Of a DNA stretch of 64,000 nt, positions 61,529 to 64,000 are shown piece by piece. Below the pieces are notes generated by a model. That model did not search any database. It was given only the letters and a program-made list of their open reading frames with translations, and had not been told where the DNA came from. How positions within the stretch are numbered: position 1 is the stretch's first letter; each line of letters begins with the position of its first letter. Source of the DNA: a virus; IMG/VR virus record IMGVR_UViG_3300026382_000002, positions 1 through 64,000 of that record. One strand, 5' to 3'. Made by a program: the position numbers and the translations under genes.

Positions 61529-61807
61529 TTAAACTAAACTGGAAAGAAAAGACTCCAATTGACTTTTTGCATCTTGCCTTTGTTCTGATACAGATGAAGG
61601 CATCCCTAATTCTACTTCATTAGAATACCAATTATGCTCATCAATGGCTGACGCTTCTTTTACCATAGCTCCAACTGTAGCACTTTTGCGAGCCTCTTCC
61701 AATTCAGCTTGCAGTTTTGCGATTTCCGCATCTCTCTTTTCTATTTCAGAAGCAGCTTTCTCTAACAAGGCTGATATTTGCTCTTTTGTGTAAACTTTCA
61801 TTTTCAT
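61529..61807 (-). CDS. Small coiled-coil protein (scaffold-like)
   Basis: 92 aa. EIAKLQAELEEARK forms a coiled coil. It contains MVKEAS and sits between the terminase and capsid genes. Confidence 0.4.
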   Translation of the reverse strand: MKMKVYTKEQISALLEKAASEIEKRDAEIAKLQAELEEARKSATVGAMVKEASAIDEHNWYSNEVELGMPSSVSEQRQDAKSQLESFLSSLV

Positions 61808-61828
61808 CCTTTTATTTATTTTTGTTTA

Positions 61829-61837
61829 ATTATAGCA
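61829..61837 (-). promoter_or_regulatory. Extended -10 promoter-like box (TGCTATAAT)
   Basis: The reverse complement reads TTTTGTGCTATAAT. It lies 21 nt upstream of ATG 61807. Confidence 0.5.
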
Positions 61838-61848
61838 CAAAATATTTA

Positions 61849-63480
61849 TCAATAGAAAGCAACTATACCTTTGTAGATTTTGAATGCGTTATAAGCAAAA
61901 ACAGATGCATGAAGAAAGTCGTCAGGATGGACTCCCCTCATCCATATTCTATATCCATTTTTAGTTACGTGTTCGTGTTCGGACAGCAAATGTAATATAG
62001 GTTCTCTCATTTCTTTCGGATTAGGGAATATAAATCTTCCACCCTTATTAGCTTCATCTTTTTTTCCTGGCTTTAGTGCTTTAAAAAAATCATCTATTGC
62101 TGTAGTTTTATCCAAATATGCAGTCCAACCGTCAGCGCTTCTTTTTATAGCTCTGTCAAACTTTCCATATCTAAATGGTTGCACTATTTCAGGACCAAAC
62201 GCATCCGCTAGATAAGAGTTATTTAGCGCCCCCTCACCAGCATCCGCTCCTATTTTATCAACCCCAAATAAAGCCAATGTTCTTTTTATTTCCCTGATAG
62301 TGACCATATAATCTTGTTGAGGGAATATTTTATAGTACAGTAACTGAAGTCTACCACCATCTCTATATTTATACTCACCCGCTAACTCTCCATAAATAGC
62401 TAAGACTGTTCTTGAGTTATAATCGATACCTCCTCCTGACCAGTCAATTCCTGCAACGATAGTTTTAAACGTTTTTTTAAGATAACCCTTGTTGGGATTA
62501 TTAATCACATGTAACCCCGGCCTACAACATGCAAGAATATCATCTTCCGTTATAAATCTAGCGCCTTTGGAAAAAGAAATACCTAATACCTCATTATTGA
62601 ATTTCGCTTCATCATATTCTTCATATTTTTGAAGAAGGTCATTCCATTTGTTTTCAAAACCATAATGAAGCTTTAAAGCCGGTTGCGGAACCCTCACTCC
62701 AACGTAAAAAGCTTTTTCCAAATCTGGAGAAGTAGGAACAATGGTATAATGTTCCATATCCAACATTCCGCCACATTTGGTGCAAATAGGCCCCTTTTTC
62801 CCTATATTTTTATATCCTATATCATTCCAAGCTCCACAGCTTCCACACTTAAAAAATATTTCATGTTGTGTTGAGCGTTGCCACATAATTTCGATTGGAT
62901 TATCCACTGTTTTAGGTGTTCCAGCAAATAACTTCCGTGGTTTAAGCGAGGCCGATAAAATTTCTAATGCAACAGGTATTTCATTTGGGTCCATATCCTG
63001 AATTTCGTCTAACATTAGATTGTCAGCAGAATAACCCCTGGTTCTATCAGCGTTGTCTTTCATATATGAGATTGTAACACCACTACCATTAGCAAAGTTT
63101 TTATCAAATAAGCTATCCTTCACATCATAGCTATGCTTATTTAATAAATACTTTCTTGCGATTGGAGAACGTGCTAAAAATTCATTCAACTTAACCCTTG
63201 CAAATTCCCTTGCTTGTCTTTCAGAAGTAGTGGCATAAAACGTTCTTCTGTTTGCTTCAAGCATACTGTCAGTAACAACTGTTGCAGCAAGCATTGTGGA
63301 TTTACCAACCTGTCTGGCTGTTTTTAATAATAAATTTGTTCTATCCCAATTATATATATGCTTAAAAGGTGCGTGCAATTTAAAATTAAATCTCTGTCCT
63401 TTAAGCATCAATACCGCTTGAGCATAATCAGAACGTTTAACTATTTTTTTAGAATAAGTAAGAGGGGGAGAGAAAGACAT
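61849..63480 (-). CDS. terL: Terminase large subunit
   Basis: Walker A LLKTARQVGKST, Walker B NLMLDEIQD, and nuclease-domain start VAGIDWSGGG. A CxxC-x17-CxxC insertion is present (KCGSCG...CTKCGG). Confidence 0.85.
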   Translation of the reverse strand: MSFSPPLTYSKKIVKRSDYAQAVLMLKGQRFNFKLHAPFKHIYNWDRTNLLLKTARQVGKSTMLAATVVTDSMLEANRRTFYATTSERQAREFARVKLNEFLARSPIARKYLLNKHSYDVKDSLFDKNFANGSGVTISYMKDNADRTRGYSADNLMLDEIQDMDPNEIPVALEILSASLKPRKLFAGTPKTVDNPIEIMWQRSTQHEIFFKCGSCGAWNDIGYKNIGKKGPICTKCGGMLDMEHYTIVPTSPDLEKAFYVGVRVPQPALKLHYGFENKWNDLLQKYEEYDEAKFNNEVLGISFSKGARFITEDDILACCRPGLHVINNPNKGYLKKTFKTIVAGIDWSGGGIDYNSRTVLAIYGELAGEYKYRDGGRLQLLYYKIFPQQDYMVTIREIKRTLALFGVDKIGADAGEGALNNSYLADAFGPEIVQPFRYGKFDRAIKRSADGWTAYLDKTTAIDDFFKALKPGKKDEANKGGRFIFPNPKEMREPILHLLSEHEHVTKNGYRIWMRGVHPDDFLHASVFAYNAFKIYKGIVAFY

Positions 63481-63544
63481 TACTGTTGCTTTTCTTTAAA
63501 GGTATAAACAGTAATATATTTTGTTTTCTTGTCCACATTCAATC

Positions 63545-63997
63545 TTATTGGTGGTCTTTATAAGCCTGATATCCACTTGTTCCCAACCCTACCAATGCTA
63601 ATGCACCTAATGCTCCTGCACCTTTTTTCCATCTACCTAAACTTTTCTCAAGCTCTCCATAATTTGTTTTCAATTTATTGTGTTCTCCAGTTAAATTTGT
63701 TAGGTCTTGTTGAGTTTGTGTATATCGAGCATTAATGTCATTCAGATGAGAATTCAAATCCTGGACTTTTTGTTTGTAGTCATTGATTGTGCTTTTATGC
63801 TGGCCTATTTGTTGAGTTAAATCATCAATTGTTCTTTTATGCTGACCTATTTGTTGGGTCAAATCATTAATTCTTGATTTAAAATTTTGAATAGTTCCGT
63901 ATTGCTCTCTTATTTGTTGCTGATATTCTGCATTACCCTTTAGAGCTTTATCGTAGAGTCTTTCCATGATATTTTTCTCATGCTCTAATGCAGCCAT
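63545..63997 (-). CDS. C-terminally anchored coiled-coil membrane protein
   Basis: 150 aa. It has a duplicated 14-aa unit (DLTQQIGQHK(R/S)TI(D/N)D) and the C-terminal TM GAGALGALALVGLGTSGY. Confidence 0.5.
   Translation of the reverse strand: MAALEHEKNIMERLYDKALKGNAEYQQQIREQYGTIQNFKSRINDLTQQIGQHKRTIDDLTQQIGQHKSTINDYKQKVQDLNSHLNDINARYTQTQQDLTNLTGEHNKLKTNYGELEKSLGRWKKGAGALGALALVGLGTSGYQAYKDHQ
63792..63875. repeat. Tandem repeat, 42-bp period, 2 copies, in frame within CDS 63545..63997
   Basis: The units start at 63792 and 63834. Confidence 0.8.
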
Positions 63998-64000
63998 ATT

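Overview
This window looks like part of a large, very AT-rich (about 30% GC by eye) tailed dsDNA phage with a contractile tail. It does not look like bacterial chromosome. Nearly all of it is coding, arranged in long co-directional blocks with overlapping or tightly spaced genes.

Recognisable content:
- Tail and baseplate module: beta-helix tail spike, sheath, central spike, tail chaperone with a candidate -1 frameshift, and tape measure.
- Head and packaging module: portal candidate, large terminase, HK97-like major capsid protein, and scaffold-like proteins.
- Lysis cassette: GH108 endolysin and a 3-TM holin.
- Phage transcription kit: one ORF fusing RNA polymerase beta to the N-terminal half of beta-prime, the C-terminal half of beta-prime about 25 kb away on the other strand, a sigma-70-family protein, and an HU-like protein.

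The most unusual element is a complete two-component system, a receiver protein plus a membrane histidine kinase, placed directly downstream of the holin.

An extended -10 motif (T-tract + TGnTAnAAT, no -35) recurs about 20 nt upstream of many start codons on both strands.

I saw no tRNA, rRNA, CRISPR array, integrase or transposase. All functional calls rest on motif recognition by eye and gene context. No database search was run.
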